Part shown: piece by piece, positions 26,194-38,500 of the stretch
Layout of the letters: every line of letters begins with the position of its first letter
Position numbering within the stretch: position 1 is the first letter of the stretch
From: Toensbergia leucococca
Lineage: Eukaryota
Assembly: GCA_022813965.1 (NCBI GenBank)
Contig: JALDZS010000071.1
Coordinates: forward strand, 1-64,000
Reading direction: 5' to 3'
DNA: 64,000 nt
Translations under genes and position numbers: made by a program
Notes under the pieces: generated by a model
Told to the model about the DNA's origin: nothing
The model's database searches: none
Seen by the model: only the letters and a program-made list of their open reading frames with translations

Positions 26194-29100
26194 TCATGGA
26201 TACTGCCATACTCTCCTAGACTCGTCACATTGTGTTTGTGTCTCCAAGGATCTCTCGTGCATATTATGAGATTCTCGCAAGTGCTCTCGAAACATTCGTC
26301 GAGTTCTGAAGCTCTGATCCCTTTCGCAAGTTCTAAACCGACATTGGAATCTTGCTTCAACAGCGTAACTCTCCCACAGGTCCGCGTCATGCGTTCGATA
26401 TACTCTGCGTTTAACTAGTTCGACTGCACATTCTTGTATGCTTGATTGTCCAACTTCCTTGAGCCATACGTTGAAAGCTTTCGTGATCACCTTAATGGTG
26501 GCTGATCCGCTGCGTTGCGGCTCCCACTCGTCGAGGGAAAGTTTCAAGGCGCCCGGGTCATCGAATCGATAGTATGAGAATTTATCCCGGTCGGCAAGTT
26601 CTTGTACGTCGTAATGGATGGCTTCTGGGTCAGTTGTTCTAGTCTTCTTTCTCGTAGATCTTCCAGCAGTTCCGATGCTCACAACAGCTCCAACAGAATT
26701 GAGACCGGTGCTCTCTTCTATCTCCAGTATTCCCTCCCGTGTCGGGTTACGAGTGTACCCTAGACCTCCATCGATGAACAGATACTCTTCGCCGAAAATG
26801 CCCGGTTCATTCGACCTATCAAGAATAGATACCTTGAACGGTTCAAAGAAGAATGGAGCCGCTGTTGCAGCACGTGCAACTTCCCAAATCCTGAAGTCTT
26901 GGTCTCTTCCATAGTCGATGTTACGTTTGCGTGGTAGAGGTAAAGGCTGATGATCATAAGATCGGATAAGATAATGTGCGCTCAATGACGGTGCTTCCGA
27001 CTTTGTTATAAGAGTACTAATTAATCTGGATCTATTCAATTAGCAATATTCAAAATGTGCGAGGTATAACGTCTACGTCTCATTATGAATCAAGAAACTT
27101 ACGTTTTGACTGATCCTGATGCGGAAAAAAAAGCTCTATCAGTCATTGTATCGCGCTTCGTATGTCTGCGCGTAATATCCTCTATGGCTGCTTGAAGTTT
27201 TCCCGCATTATATTTTGGTCTATTCAGGATGCCAAAACCTAGAGTATTAAATATGCGTGGTCGTCCAAACACTTTGCTGCATAGATTCTTGTATTCCTCT
27301 ATGCAGTCGGCAACGGTCATTCGAAGCCTTCCTAACATTATGGCAATAAGTCTGTCAGTGCATCATTAGCAAACTAAGTCCCTCTTTGGGTTGATAATAC
27401 TCACCCTCCTGTGCTGGAACCACAAATGTAATCAAAGTAGTGACATGGGAAATATCTCCGATTGGCGGGAATAGTCTGCTTTCCATTTCCAGGGCTCTTT
27501 CCTTGATCAAGCGGAAGCTGTGAGGAGCCTTCTGGCCATGAAATTGGATCAAAACTGTGCCAATGTCCAAGGCTTTCCTCTTCTGTAGAAATACTCTCCA
27601 TGAGTTTGTCAAGGACCAGAAGAGACCAAAATCCTCTAATGCCACCGCCATCTGTCATATAATAGTGTTTAATTCTAATGTAATTGTGTAAGTGAACACA
27701 AGATCTTACCAAAACTTAGCAAATTGAACTGCTCCTTCTCCACATTCTTACCGCCCACAGAGTATCTATGTGGCTCGGGTTTATCAATGTTATTTTGGTT
27801 AAACCCTGTTGACTCCTTCGGTCGAGGCATTCGTATGGAAGACGATTTTCTTTCGGCAGGTGTGCTGCCCTCCAGGGATTGACTATGCCTATAAGGCTTT
27901 TCAAATGGTTTGACCGACTTGTCTTCATGTATATCTGTTGGTTCGGCACAAACTACATCGGTCGCGATGGTCTCTGACTTAGTCTCGCTCGGTAGGTCAG
28001 ATCCTGGTGATATAAAACTAGAGTCTGTACCGAGTTGGCTTGCACTTGCGGGCGAGTTTGGAAAAAGGCTCCAATCTGGTATTTCTAGATCGGTTTTCTG
28101 TGAACCTTCTATCTCAAGTCTAACACCATCCTTGATATAGACCTGGCGCTGTCTCTCAAATTCAAGTTCTACAACATCTTTGGCCGTCCATTCTTCCGAA
28201 GACTCTCCTAAATCATCATCTTTTTTGAAGTCAATAGTGGAGGGGCCTTTGATATTGCTGATGCGGACGAGCGTCTGTTCGCTACTAGGGAATATGGCTG
28301 AGGGTAGGAGACTTAGATCTTGATTGGTATCACTAGCTTGGGCTTGCGTTCTCCACTCTGAAGGAACGGACCGGCTTGCTGGGATTGGTGGATCCTTATT
28401 TTCATAAGTTCGGGAATCCGGAGAGTTCAATGATTCTGTATGGAGTTGACTAAGTGAAGCTTCGTATTCTTGGTGTGCCTCTTGTATTGATTGAATAAGT
28501 GGAAGTGAGGGTCCTCTCCTGTTCTTCTCGGCTTGCAAAACTTGAAACAACTCGACGTGCTCAAGTGCTTCATCAGCAACGGTCTCGAGGAGATTGCAGG
28601 CTTCTTCCAGAACTTCTTCTCTGCAAGTATAAAATTAGCTGATTTGACTTTCTATCGAGTCTCTGCATCTTTCATATTCCCACTCGAGGCACGTGTGAGG
28701 ACCAGACTGATACATGTATAAAGTCCATTCTTCAGTCGTCGAGAATGAGGCTGTTGAGCCAAAGATCACTCTGCCAAGAAAGTCGCCTATAAAGTCTCCT
28801 TCTTTGCCAACATCGCATGCGTCTATGGATATAATCACTGCAGCTATCCTGCACTGCTTACCTAGTACAAGATACTGGCAAGTCATTCGATGGCGTGGGT
28901 GAAGATGCCGCTTCTAAAACTTTCGCTGCTAAGTAAACCTCTCGGAGATAAAGGCAGATGATGTCTGCTGAAGCCGGGTCTTCGGTTTCTAGAATGCGGA
29001 AAGGCGAGGAACCTCTTGGGGCACCGATCATTATTTCTTCCTTCCATAACTTCAACCTGAGTAAGATGGTGTCGATCCGAGCAGCTACCGTCAGATGATT

Positions 29101-29196
29101 TGAAATTGGGCTAGAGTCCTCAAGCAAGCTATCAACCAAAGAGACGACTAATCCATGAAGAAACAATATAGACTGAGGCTGGTCGACTGCTGTCAT
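26194..29196 (-). CDS. Patatin-like phospholipase with N-terminal helical domain, acidic linker and C-terminal C2H2-like finger (about 5 exons)
   Basis: Spliced motifs LLSF|DGGGIRG, FDYICGSSTGG|LIAIMLGRLRM (GxSxG), IWEVARAATAAPFFF, FIDGG; C-terminal C-x4-C..F..H-x4-H. Exon 1 (29196-28861) joins exon 2 in frame via a GTAAGC..GCTAAT..TTGCAG intron (~28860-28622). Confidence 0.88.
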
Positions 29197-29529
29197 TTGA
29201 TGAGAAGCGTAGCTATTCTAACTGATATAAAAGTAAGGCTCCATGTCGAGGATGCATCGAGCTGAGCTTGATGTTATCTTGCCCGAAACGGCCTAACTAA
29301 ATATTCTAGCGCGGCTCCAACAAGGCAAAAGTAGAGTGGCAGGAATCTTCAACTTGGATACATTATGGCATAGCATCTCTAAGTTTTAAGCTGTGCTCGA
29401 ATGCCTCAAATTCTCCTTCCGTACCTGTATAGCTTTCTTCTACTCATCCTACCCCGGATCTAGAATCGTGAAGGTATGACCAGAAGAGAGATCGCGCAAT
29501 CGAGAATTGGTTAGCTGTAGCTTTGGACA

Positions 29530-31196
29530 ATGATTGATCCCTTTTCAATCATTGGAATAATCAGTTTCTCGATTGGTGCAGTGTCGTTCCTACTCAATGC
29601 CCCTTCTATCCTTGAAGAGAAAAGTCGCGGTTATCTTGAATGCCAACGCGAGCTGCGCTTTTACTATCATCAATTCAAATCTTGTCACCTTCTTATGACT
29701 ACCTGGAATCGCATATGGTGTGGGCAAGAGCCCTTTTCAAGCCATGTATATCAGTTTTTTTGGGGCGACATAGGCTTCGAGGATATACAGTCCCGTCTAC
29801 AGGATATTCACAGCCTTGCAGAAGATATCAAGCTGCTGATCACAGAACCATCAATACGCGATGCTTCTTTCAAGAACACTTTGTCCTCGAGGGACACCTG
29901 TGACAGCGGTAGTGGCGAATTGCGAGAGTGGAAGAATATCACTAATCAGCTTGAGACTATTCCATTCGCGCAGTTGCGGAACGTAAAACCCTTCTTCAAA
30001 CTCAAGTACGCTTTCTATAAGAGCAATTCTCTAAGAGAGTATTGTACGCAACTTAAAGAGCACGTCCAAAGCCTGGGCACCTATAGTCAACATCTTCTAA
30101 GAGAACGACAAAAAGGAGCTGCAAGCCTGCCGGTAACCAATGAGGAACTGCAAGAACTTGAACACTGGAAAGCTCTGATCTGTAGGACAAGAAGTTTCGC
30201 CCAAGATCTTTTCTCGGCAACAGACGATCCTGGGAACCGCTTTTTCTGGGCATTAGAGCTAGAGGAGCCAACAAGTCAAGTCGAGCTGGATGCCAGAATA
30301 CGAACTGATCACCTGAACCTTTTTATACGCTACGATGATACTCATGGTCTACGGAGAGCTGCTCGCATACGGATTGACCATGCTCCTGAACATGACATGC
30401 AGGACGAAGTTGGCGCTGTCTGGCTCGCTATAAGAATTCGTGAGGTGCTGTTATCCGAGGATATCCCACTGCAGCGAGACGAGCGATTTCGCTTCTTGCC
30501 TAAGCCATTGGGAAGGTCGCGCCGCCTGCGAACATTACTAGTAGAAGGTGTTTTTGATGGTCTTGCCTGGAAGCACTATGAGCTTGATCGCTCCAGTATC
30601 GCTTTCGCTCTGGTCTACTGGACCTTACTTCTATGGGGAACGCCGTGGATTGTGAATCCTTGCACATGCGCAATGCATTGCTTGATGTTCGACGGTAGTG
30701 CGAAGAGAGAATACAGCTTCAATCCATGCCGTCCAGACAAACATACTGGATCCAAATGTCACAGCGGCGACGTTTGCCATCCACAATTATTCTTGTTGGG
30801 TTTAGTGGTAGCTGAAGTCATTATTGGGGAGCCTCTAAGTCTACTCGATGTCAAGTCTCCTAAACCAATATCGAAACGAGGAGTCTCCGTGACTATTGAT
30901 GATCTCTTGAAAGATATATCAAGAGTCACGCACTTCCATCCGTTTGTTACGGCGGTGAAGTATTGTTTGAGTAGCTCGGCCAGCGATGATGAAGAGCCTT
31001 TCCTCAACGTTTATATCGATGCTATATTAGTTCCGTAAGTTCCCTGCCAGTCCTCGATGCGCCGAGAATTAAACCCGATAGTGTCAGTTCCTATTCACGA
31101 GTGGTTTGTGACCAAGCTCGAAGTCAGCGCGAACGTCGCTGGAGATGTGCTTTGGATGGAGCCGTTATTGAATCCTGGGGTGAACAGCCTTTCTGA
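29530..31196 (+). CDS. Uncharacterised protein: HeLo-like N-terminus plus degenerate kinase-like C-terminus
   Basis: A 502-codon exon plus a short second exon (intron GTAAGT ~31035-31081, stop 31194-31196). MIDPFSIIGIISFSIGAV start; C-terminal LFLLGLVVAEVIIG, FVTAVKYCL, FLNVYIDAILVP. The ORF is solid; the domain calls are inference. Confidence 0.75.
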
Positions 31197-31281
31197 GTGA
31201 TACCATCACCAAAGGGCAACGTCTATCTAACTGTATGTCCTGTTAAAAGCCCTCGCCTATGGGCAATAAAATATACACATA

Positions 31282-31835
31282 CCGTATAATCTGTCATATA
31301 AGATATGGTCGGTTTACAAGATACTACTGAAGTACATGATATGGTTCTTAATCGACTTTTTGAGACTGAGGGTGTTTTGGTCTTCAAGATAACATCTACC
31401 TGTGAGAGGAGAGTCTCAGGTACATGTTTCACCTCCCCTTGCTCATCCTCCCTGACTAAGTCATATTCATCCTCATCCTTCTCTTCATCAGTTTTCAACG
31501 CTGAAATTCCTTCCCCCTCTCTACTTTCTTCTTCCCTTCCTCCTTCTTGTCCTCACTCACTAACTCAAAATTGATTCTCTTTTCTAGTCTTCTAGCTTAG
31601 TCCCTTACCTTAACAAGAAGTGACAAGATTAGACATTAGAGAGATTAGTAGTGAATATGATAACTTGCTTAAGTGAATGTGTCAGTACTTAGTCTAGACC
31701 TTACTTAAAGAACTATATATAAGATATGATTTGTTTGCAAAATACTAGATCTTAGAGTATAAGATAAGATTTCAATTAAATTCTCAGATGATGAACAGAC
31801 TATAAGACTAGTACCTCATGTGACAGATTATACAG
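31282..31835. mobile_element. Non-autonomous TIR element (Tc1/mariner-pogo-like MITE), long copy
   Basis: TA|CCGTATAATCTGTCATATAAGATA ... TACCTCATGTGACAGATTATACAG|TA: ~24-bp imperfect TIRs flanked by TA. Both ends match the element at 45988-46117. Confidence 0.8.
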
Positions 31836-31844
31836 TACTCATAA

Positions 31845-32070
31845 ACATTAAAATAAACATCAGAGAAAAGCAAGAGAAAAAAAAAGATTTCAATATTAAA
31901 ATAAAATAAATTCTTCAGATTTACAATGCACAACAAAAACTTAAATCTCAACTGCACAAAAGCTCAAGTGCAAAGTCACAAAGTCTCTCTCTCTCAAAAA
32001 GAAAAAGATCACTGAAACAAAATTAAGTACTAAAACATCTAATTCTTCATCTCATCTCATCTCATTCACA
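31845..32070 (-). repeat. Decayed tandem duplicate of the MCM7 3' end and downstream region
   Basis: AGAGAAAAGCAAGAGAAA..AGATTT..ATTCTTCAGAT..ACAACAAAAAC is collinear with ~32290-32510. Confidence 0.7.
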
Positions 32071-32461
32071 TGATCATCTCTCTCATCACTCAGCAAAACA
32101 AAATTCAAAAAAACAGAACCTCAAAACTCACTCACTCTCTCTCAAAAAACAAAACAAAATAGCAAACAACATCAACCCTATCATCTTATTTTTTTTAAAA
32201 AAAAAGGAAAAGACGTCTCACTCATTCTCACTCAGAAGCTAATACAACACCCTACCCTACTCACTTCACCAAAAAAAAAAGAGCCATCAGACAAACAAAA
32301 GAGAAAAGCAAGAGAAAGAACAAGATTTTGAGATTAAATCAACAATTCTTCAGATCCACAACTACAACAAAAACACAAACCTGCCCCCCAAAGCAAAAGC
32401 TAAAAGCCAAAGCACAAAGCCCCTCCAAAAAAAAAAAACCGCCGCCGAAAAAACCCAACCC

Positions 32462-35194
32462 TCAAAAGTCCCCATCCTCCATCTCCGCATCATCCGCATC
32501 CCCAGACTCGATAAACACCAGCCTCGTACCCTGAGCCGCCGTTTGCCAAACCTGTCACAAAATAACAACATCAGCAACCAAAAAAAAAATAGTCCATTAA
32601 ACATATATATGAAAAAAACAAACACAAGGAGGTCAAAGAGGGAAGAAGAGAGAGAAACAAAACTCACATCTAGCAAGGAATACTCATCAAGAGCCATACT
32701 AAATTGATCCTCCGTAAATCCCTTTGCAATAATCCTCTCCCGCACCTTCTTAATGCTCAATTCGCCGCGACTCCCATCCCCCACAGCCGCAGCCCCACTA
32801 TCCTTCATTGCGCGGATCAAATTATATATCTTGCTGCTCGGGCTCTGGTCGCCTCCGCCGCGCGCTTCGTTGTACAAGCTCGCCTTGCTGACCTCGATAA
32901 GACGCAACGCTTCGTCGACGTCGTCAGTCACGACTTGGTCTGAGAAGCGCAAGCGTGCAAGTGCTTGGGAGAGGCGCAGGATGCCGAGGAGGGTACGTGG
33001 CGAAGTGTAGGTGAATTGCTTCTTGCCACCCTCGTCGCGCTTTTGCTGCTGTCGCATACGCACATAGGCGCCGACCATGTATTCCGAGACGTCTTTGGGG
33101 ACGGTAGGACGCCAGCTCCGCGCTTGCGCGATATACTGGCGGACCTCGTGCGGGGAGAAGACAACGCCTTCCGTTTCGGGGTGTTTGTTATGCATGTGGA
33201 CATAGGTGACGTGCTGGGCTAATTCTTCGTCTGCGTCACGACTGGGCTGATCAAGCATGAGGAAAAGAACATCGAAGCGGGAAAGAAGCGCGGCGGGGAG
33301 GTTGATGTTTTCGACAGGGGAGATGCGCGGGTTGTAGCGGCCGTAGAGAGGGTTAGCTGCTGCAAGGATGGAGGTGCGGGCGTTGAGGGAAGTGGTGATG
33401 CCTGCTTTGGAGATCGAAATGGTTTGCTGCTCCATGACCTCATGGATGGCAGTACGATCGGTGTCATCCATTTTGTCGAATTCATCAATACAGCATATGC
33501 CGTTGTCCGCTAGGACCAGAGCACCGCCTTCCAAGACCATTTCGTCTGTGACTGGATCACGCATTACTGCGGCCGTCAGACCAACGCCACTGCTGCCTCG
33601 TCCTGTAGTGTAAACGCCTCGAGGTGCGACTTTGGTGATATATTTAAGGAGTTGCGATTTAGCCACACCAGGGTCACCCATTAGACAGATGTTGATATCT
33701 CCTCGTATACGCATACCGTCACCCATCTCTTTGGTGACACCACCGATGAGCAAGAGTAGAAGAGCTTTCTTGACGTCCTGATGGCCGTAGATCTCGGGAG
33801 CGATGGATCTTGATAGATATTCATACATGTGACCAGAGTGCTTGTACTGCTCTATTCTTCGAAACGTCTTTGCGTCGAAAACCAAGTCCTCGTAAGCCTT
33901 CTTATGCTGATTAACATGTTGTGCTTCTAGGTAAGTGTCCGTCAAGAGACCCGCTTTTATGGCCTTGAACCCAGTGTAAGGGGTGGGTAGAAAAATACCC
34001 GCCACATCAACAACATCTCCTGGGTTGATCTGTCTGGTCAGCGTCCCATGACAATGTATAGTCAAACTTCGGGGTATATGACCAACGGGTACCTGGTCAG
34101 CCATTTCCTGAATTTTGACTTCTTGAAAGGGCAGGAATTTAGATGCTCTAGTGGATAAGAATAGTTGACCCTTGGAGTTGTTCTGCTTGCATTCTTCCGA
34201 GGGACATTCGATCATTGGAGTGAATTGCTTGGTTGTAATTGGCTGAAAGATCTCACAACCGCATCGATCACAAGTATAGGCATTGACTTGAACAGCCGGC
34301 TTCACGTCAGATACTCGAGTCGTGATGCCCCGCACAGTGATCAATTGGCCTAGATGCTCTCCCCTCACGTTCCGAACCGCAAGAGCCTTTTGATTTCGGT
34401 CGGTACTTGAGCCTGATGGAGTGATTGGCTTGAAAGCGAGTGTGTAGCGCCGGGTTAACTCGGCAGGAAATATGGATTCTGGTAAGGAGGGATCAATGTC
34501 GTTTTCTGCTGCCATGCTCATGGTCTCGTTTCGCTTCTCGCGCTGCGACATTATAATGTCAAGTACATCATCTTTGAACCTTCTATACTTTAGTCGCAGT
34601 AGTAAAAGTGGGGGAGCGGGGCCAAAACGGCTTACGAAATTTCTCTGGTCTCCTTTGGCATTACTTTATCGACAGCTTGGGAGAGAACTTCAATGTAGTG
34701 TTTTGCGTTTCGTTCGACTGACTCGACTAGCCGTAGGCCCAAATCGTCGCCCACGGCTTTTTCGTACTAAAGTAGAAAAAAATCAGTAGGCTGACTCGGT
34801 GCTGAACCAGGATACTGACACTGTCAAGGTCGTCCAACTCAATCGTCACTTGGTCGATCTGTCGATCTACCACCTTCTGCAATATCTCCATGTACTTCTT
34901 TTTTGGATCACGGTCTTTTTCTCTTCTGCGGGTTGAGGCATTCCCATTGGGCTGAGCAACATCATCCATAAAATCGTATTCATCGCTCAAAGCGTCTTCA
35001 TCGATATTAAGGTCGAGAAGGGCATCGGTGGCAGAGGCTTCGGAAGCAGAAGCGGACGATTTGAAGCTACTCAAGAAGTCCTCAAAGGCAACTTCACTTT
35101 GGATTAGCCTTATCCAAGCATCTCGAGCTGATCAAGCGTGTATACCTCGCTGAGCATCGTAATCGACGGGCGACCTATAAGTGAGCAGAGCCAT
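32462..35194 (-). CDS. MCM7: DNA replication licensing factor MCM7
   Basis: [12 protein letters not shown] start; zinc motif [23 protein letters not shown]alker [14 protein letters not shown] arginine finger. The last exon [15 protein letters not shown] follows an intron at ~32552-32667. Confidence 0.97.
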
Positions 35195-35548
35195 GATGGT
35201 CTTTCCTACCGAGGCAGAGTGATAAGCTGCGCCTTAAGACTGTGGGTAGTGAATTGTAGTCCAAAGTTACCAGGAGAGTCGAAGATGTGGAGTGCGAGAC
35301 GCGCCGACGCGACTCAATTAGGATCGTTTGGGCTTAGCCTGGAATTATCTGCAAGGTACCTCGGTACCTCACATGTTGCGGTTCCGTGCCTCGGTTCGCC
35401 TCAGTCTCAACCTTGGACCGAGGAACTAACGTCACATTGGGGATCAGAAAAGAGAAAAGTAAATACTCAATACAGAGCCGCTTGAATCTGCCAACGATAA
35501 TGATACTTCGACAAGGTCTTTCTATTCGTCTTCTCTGCACCGAGAAAG

Positions 35549-38500
35549 ATGGCTCCTACCCACAAGAAATCCCTAACACAAGCCGAGGTAGGGTTAGTGC
35601 AACTGAAGAGTTGCTTGATCAATCTACCCTCCTCGCTGGTAACAGGTCTGGTCAATGCAGATACGGTAGGCACTTCATACCCGTCTGAATAATAATATGC
35701 TGAATAATTGGACGCTTTGCAGGCTGCTCAAAACGTTATTATCGAGCTTCAGTACAAAGACTCGGCTTCTAAAGGATCCGGAATCACCAATGGCCAGCGT
35801 TCTGTATATGTGGGATGGACTGGCATGCCAAGTAAGCGGAAAGCGGTGTCTGCCATCAGCAGAGGTAGCGTAAGGGGTGGTGCTGGCAGGGAGCCCGAAG
35901 GTAATGTCGTCGAAATCGATGCTACATTTGGACGTACCCTTGGCCTGGTAGAAGGTCAGAAGGTCAGATCAGGTGTGCCAGCAATGAATCAAATTACTAA
36001 ATTCCGATAGGTTGGCTTGATCCTTCATTTGGATCCTCCTTTGGCTCATACCGTCAACATTGAACCTGAAACCCCTGGAGATTGGGAGAGTAAGTATTTC
36101 ACTTGATTAATGCTTCCACACATGCTGACCGTGATTTACTTAGTAATTGAACTCCATGCAACTTTTCTCGAACTTAACCTACTATCACAGATTCGAGCAT
36201 TACCTAATCCTTCCTATGCAACTGGATCGCCATATCCTCTAACTTTGCATCTCTCCCCGACTTCAACCGCGAACATAGTCGTCAGCTCCCTTACTCCCCC
36301 TCTACCGTCTACCTCCCCTTTTGCCAAGGTTGCTCCTGATGCTGAAGTTATTGTCGCACCAAAGACACGACCACATATATCACGTAATAATCTTACGGAG
36401 AGCGGAAGTAATGCAAGTACAAGTCGAAAAAGTGCTGGAGGAAGAAGTTCACGTCAGCGTGGCCAGCGCGAAGAGAAATCTATCCGCAAAGCAGCTATAT
36501 TTCTTCGTGCTATTGATAGGATGGTGTGTAACGAATGGTTCGATGAAGATGACGACCAACATGGAAATGAAGGTATCAGGGCATGGATAGATCGGGAAAT
36601 CCTTATGAGTAAGGCGTTGAGAGGTGCAGAATGGGTCAGTATATCAATTGTCCATCCAGCTGGCCTTGAAACGCCAATGGACGTGCAAGTACTGCAGAGA
36701 AGGAAAGACCAAGAAGGGAGTGATGCTGGGAAGCATGCTTCCGTGATTGTTGCAAAGGTGTCAGTGTGGGATGACGCCGTTGACAGTCGTCACATTGCAC
36801 TTTCTTCCACTTTATGTTCCGTATTCGGGGTAAGAGGAATCGTTGGTGGCCTTGTTCGCATAGAAGCAGCCCCACCTCAAGCTTCGAGTGGATCTGTTAA
36901 GAGACTGAAAGTTTTCCCATTCTTAGCCAAAGGCACACAACAGAATGCAGGGTTCAGGTTTGGGGGGGAGTCAAAAGCCAGCCGTGAAGCTGCGGCTCAA
37001 AGAATCAGAGAAACTTATGGAAGGAAAGATCAAGGGCATGAGGACATACTAGCTGGTCCTTTGACTGATGGCCTCATCCTGTCAAAACTCGACAAGACCA
37101 GTCCGATTGAAAGGTGGGAGGGAGGACTGCTTCGATTTGATCCTGCTGTTCTCAACAGCGCTGGAACATCAGAGTCACAGCCCTTGAGGTGGATTCAGGG
37201 ATCAAAATCCAGTCTAGTCATTGAAGTAGAACATGAGATATCTAACCCTCATGATGCTTTCAAATCCTCTGCCATTGAAGCCGATGCCTTACCATCTGTT
37301 ATACCTTCAATGATTAGCATGGATAGTCTCATTAAGCAGCTCTTCTCACACCTTTCGCACTGTTCATCCGTTCTACTGACTGGTGGCCTCGGCTCTGGAA
37401 AGACATCAATGTCACAACTCCTTGCGTATCGACTACAATACTCCAAATTCTATCATACTACCTATTTTCCATGCCGGAAGCTAGTAACAGACGAGACTCG
37501 TACTTCAACAATTAAAGAGGTACTCAATCGTATTTTAATGACAGCTTCTTGGGGAACTCGTCTTGGGGGCCGTGCGATTGTCATTCTGGATGACTTGGAC
37601 AAGCTTTGTCCCATAGAGACGGAGCTTCAGGTTGGCAACGATAACAGCCGAAGCCGGCATGTCAGCGAATTGGTCTGTGCCATGGTTCAACAATATTGCA
37701 GACCAGATTCTGGCGTTGTTCTCCTCGCGACTGCTCAGAGCAAGGAAAGTCTCAACAAGGTCATAGTAGGGGGCCATGTGGTCAGAGAGATCATAGGCCT
37801 AAAGGTGCCGGACAAGGACGGCCGACGACAGGTTCTGCAGGCTTTAGTTGGTCAGCCACAACAGACAGGGTCGATGTTGAATGGACCTGAGGGTCAACAG
37901 TATACCCTTGACGACGGCGATGAAGCAGCATGGATGGATGGGTCTGTTCCTGGTAGTCGGCCAGGCTCGTCTACTGGGTCCGGAGGACCACTCATTGACC
38001 GAGATCTCGACTTTCTCGATTTGGCTGGACAGACTGATGGTTACATGCCGGGTGATCTAGTCCTTTTGATATCTCGAGCCAAAAGTGAAGCTTTGATAAG
38101 GTCGGTCGAGCTATCATCAGATATGCTAGAAGATACGAGCATCCATTTGGGCAAAGAAGACTTTCAAAAAGCACTGAAGGATTTCATGCCCGCGTCTCTA
38201 AGGAATGTCACCTTGCAATCATCGAAAACGACATTTGCGTCTATCGGCGGCCTTTACGATACTCGCAAGATTCTCCTCGAGACCCTCCAGTATCCTACAA
38301 CGTACGCTCCAATCTTCGCAAATTGCCCTCTTCGTCTTAGATCAGGCCTACTGCTCTATGGCTATCCAGGTTGCGGCAAGACGCTGCTCGCAAGCGCAGT
38401 AGCTGGTGAATGCGGTCTCAATTTCATCAGTGTAAAAGGCCCCGAGATCTTGAACAAATACATTGGAGCCAGCGAGAAGAGCGTTCGAGACCTATTCGAG

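Noticed and set aside
25869..26390. 173-aa minus-strand ORF overlapping the patatin 3' end
   Set aside because: Alternative frame overlapping the C2H2-coding end and 3' UTR, with no supporting motif.
32362..32660. Hydrophobic C-terminal extension of MCM7 in the ORF track
   Set aside because: Read-through of the last intron (~32552-32667). The spliced frame gives the normal VWQT..RLVFIE end with a stop at 32462.
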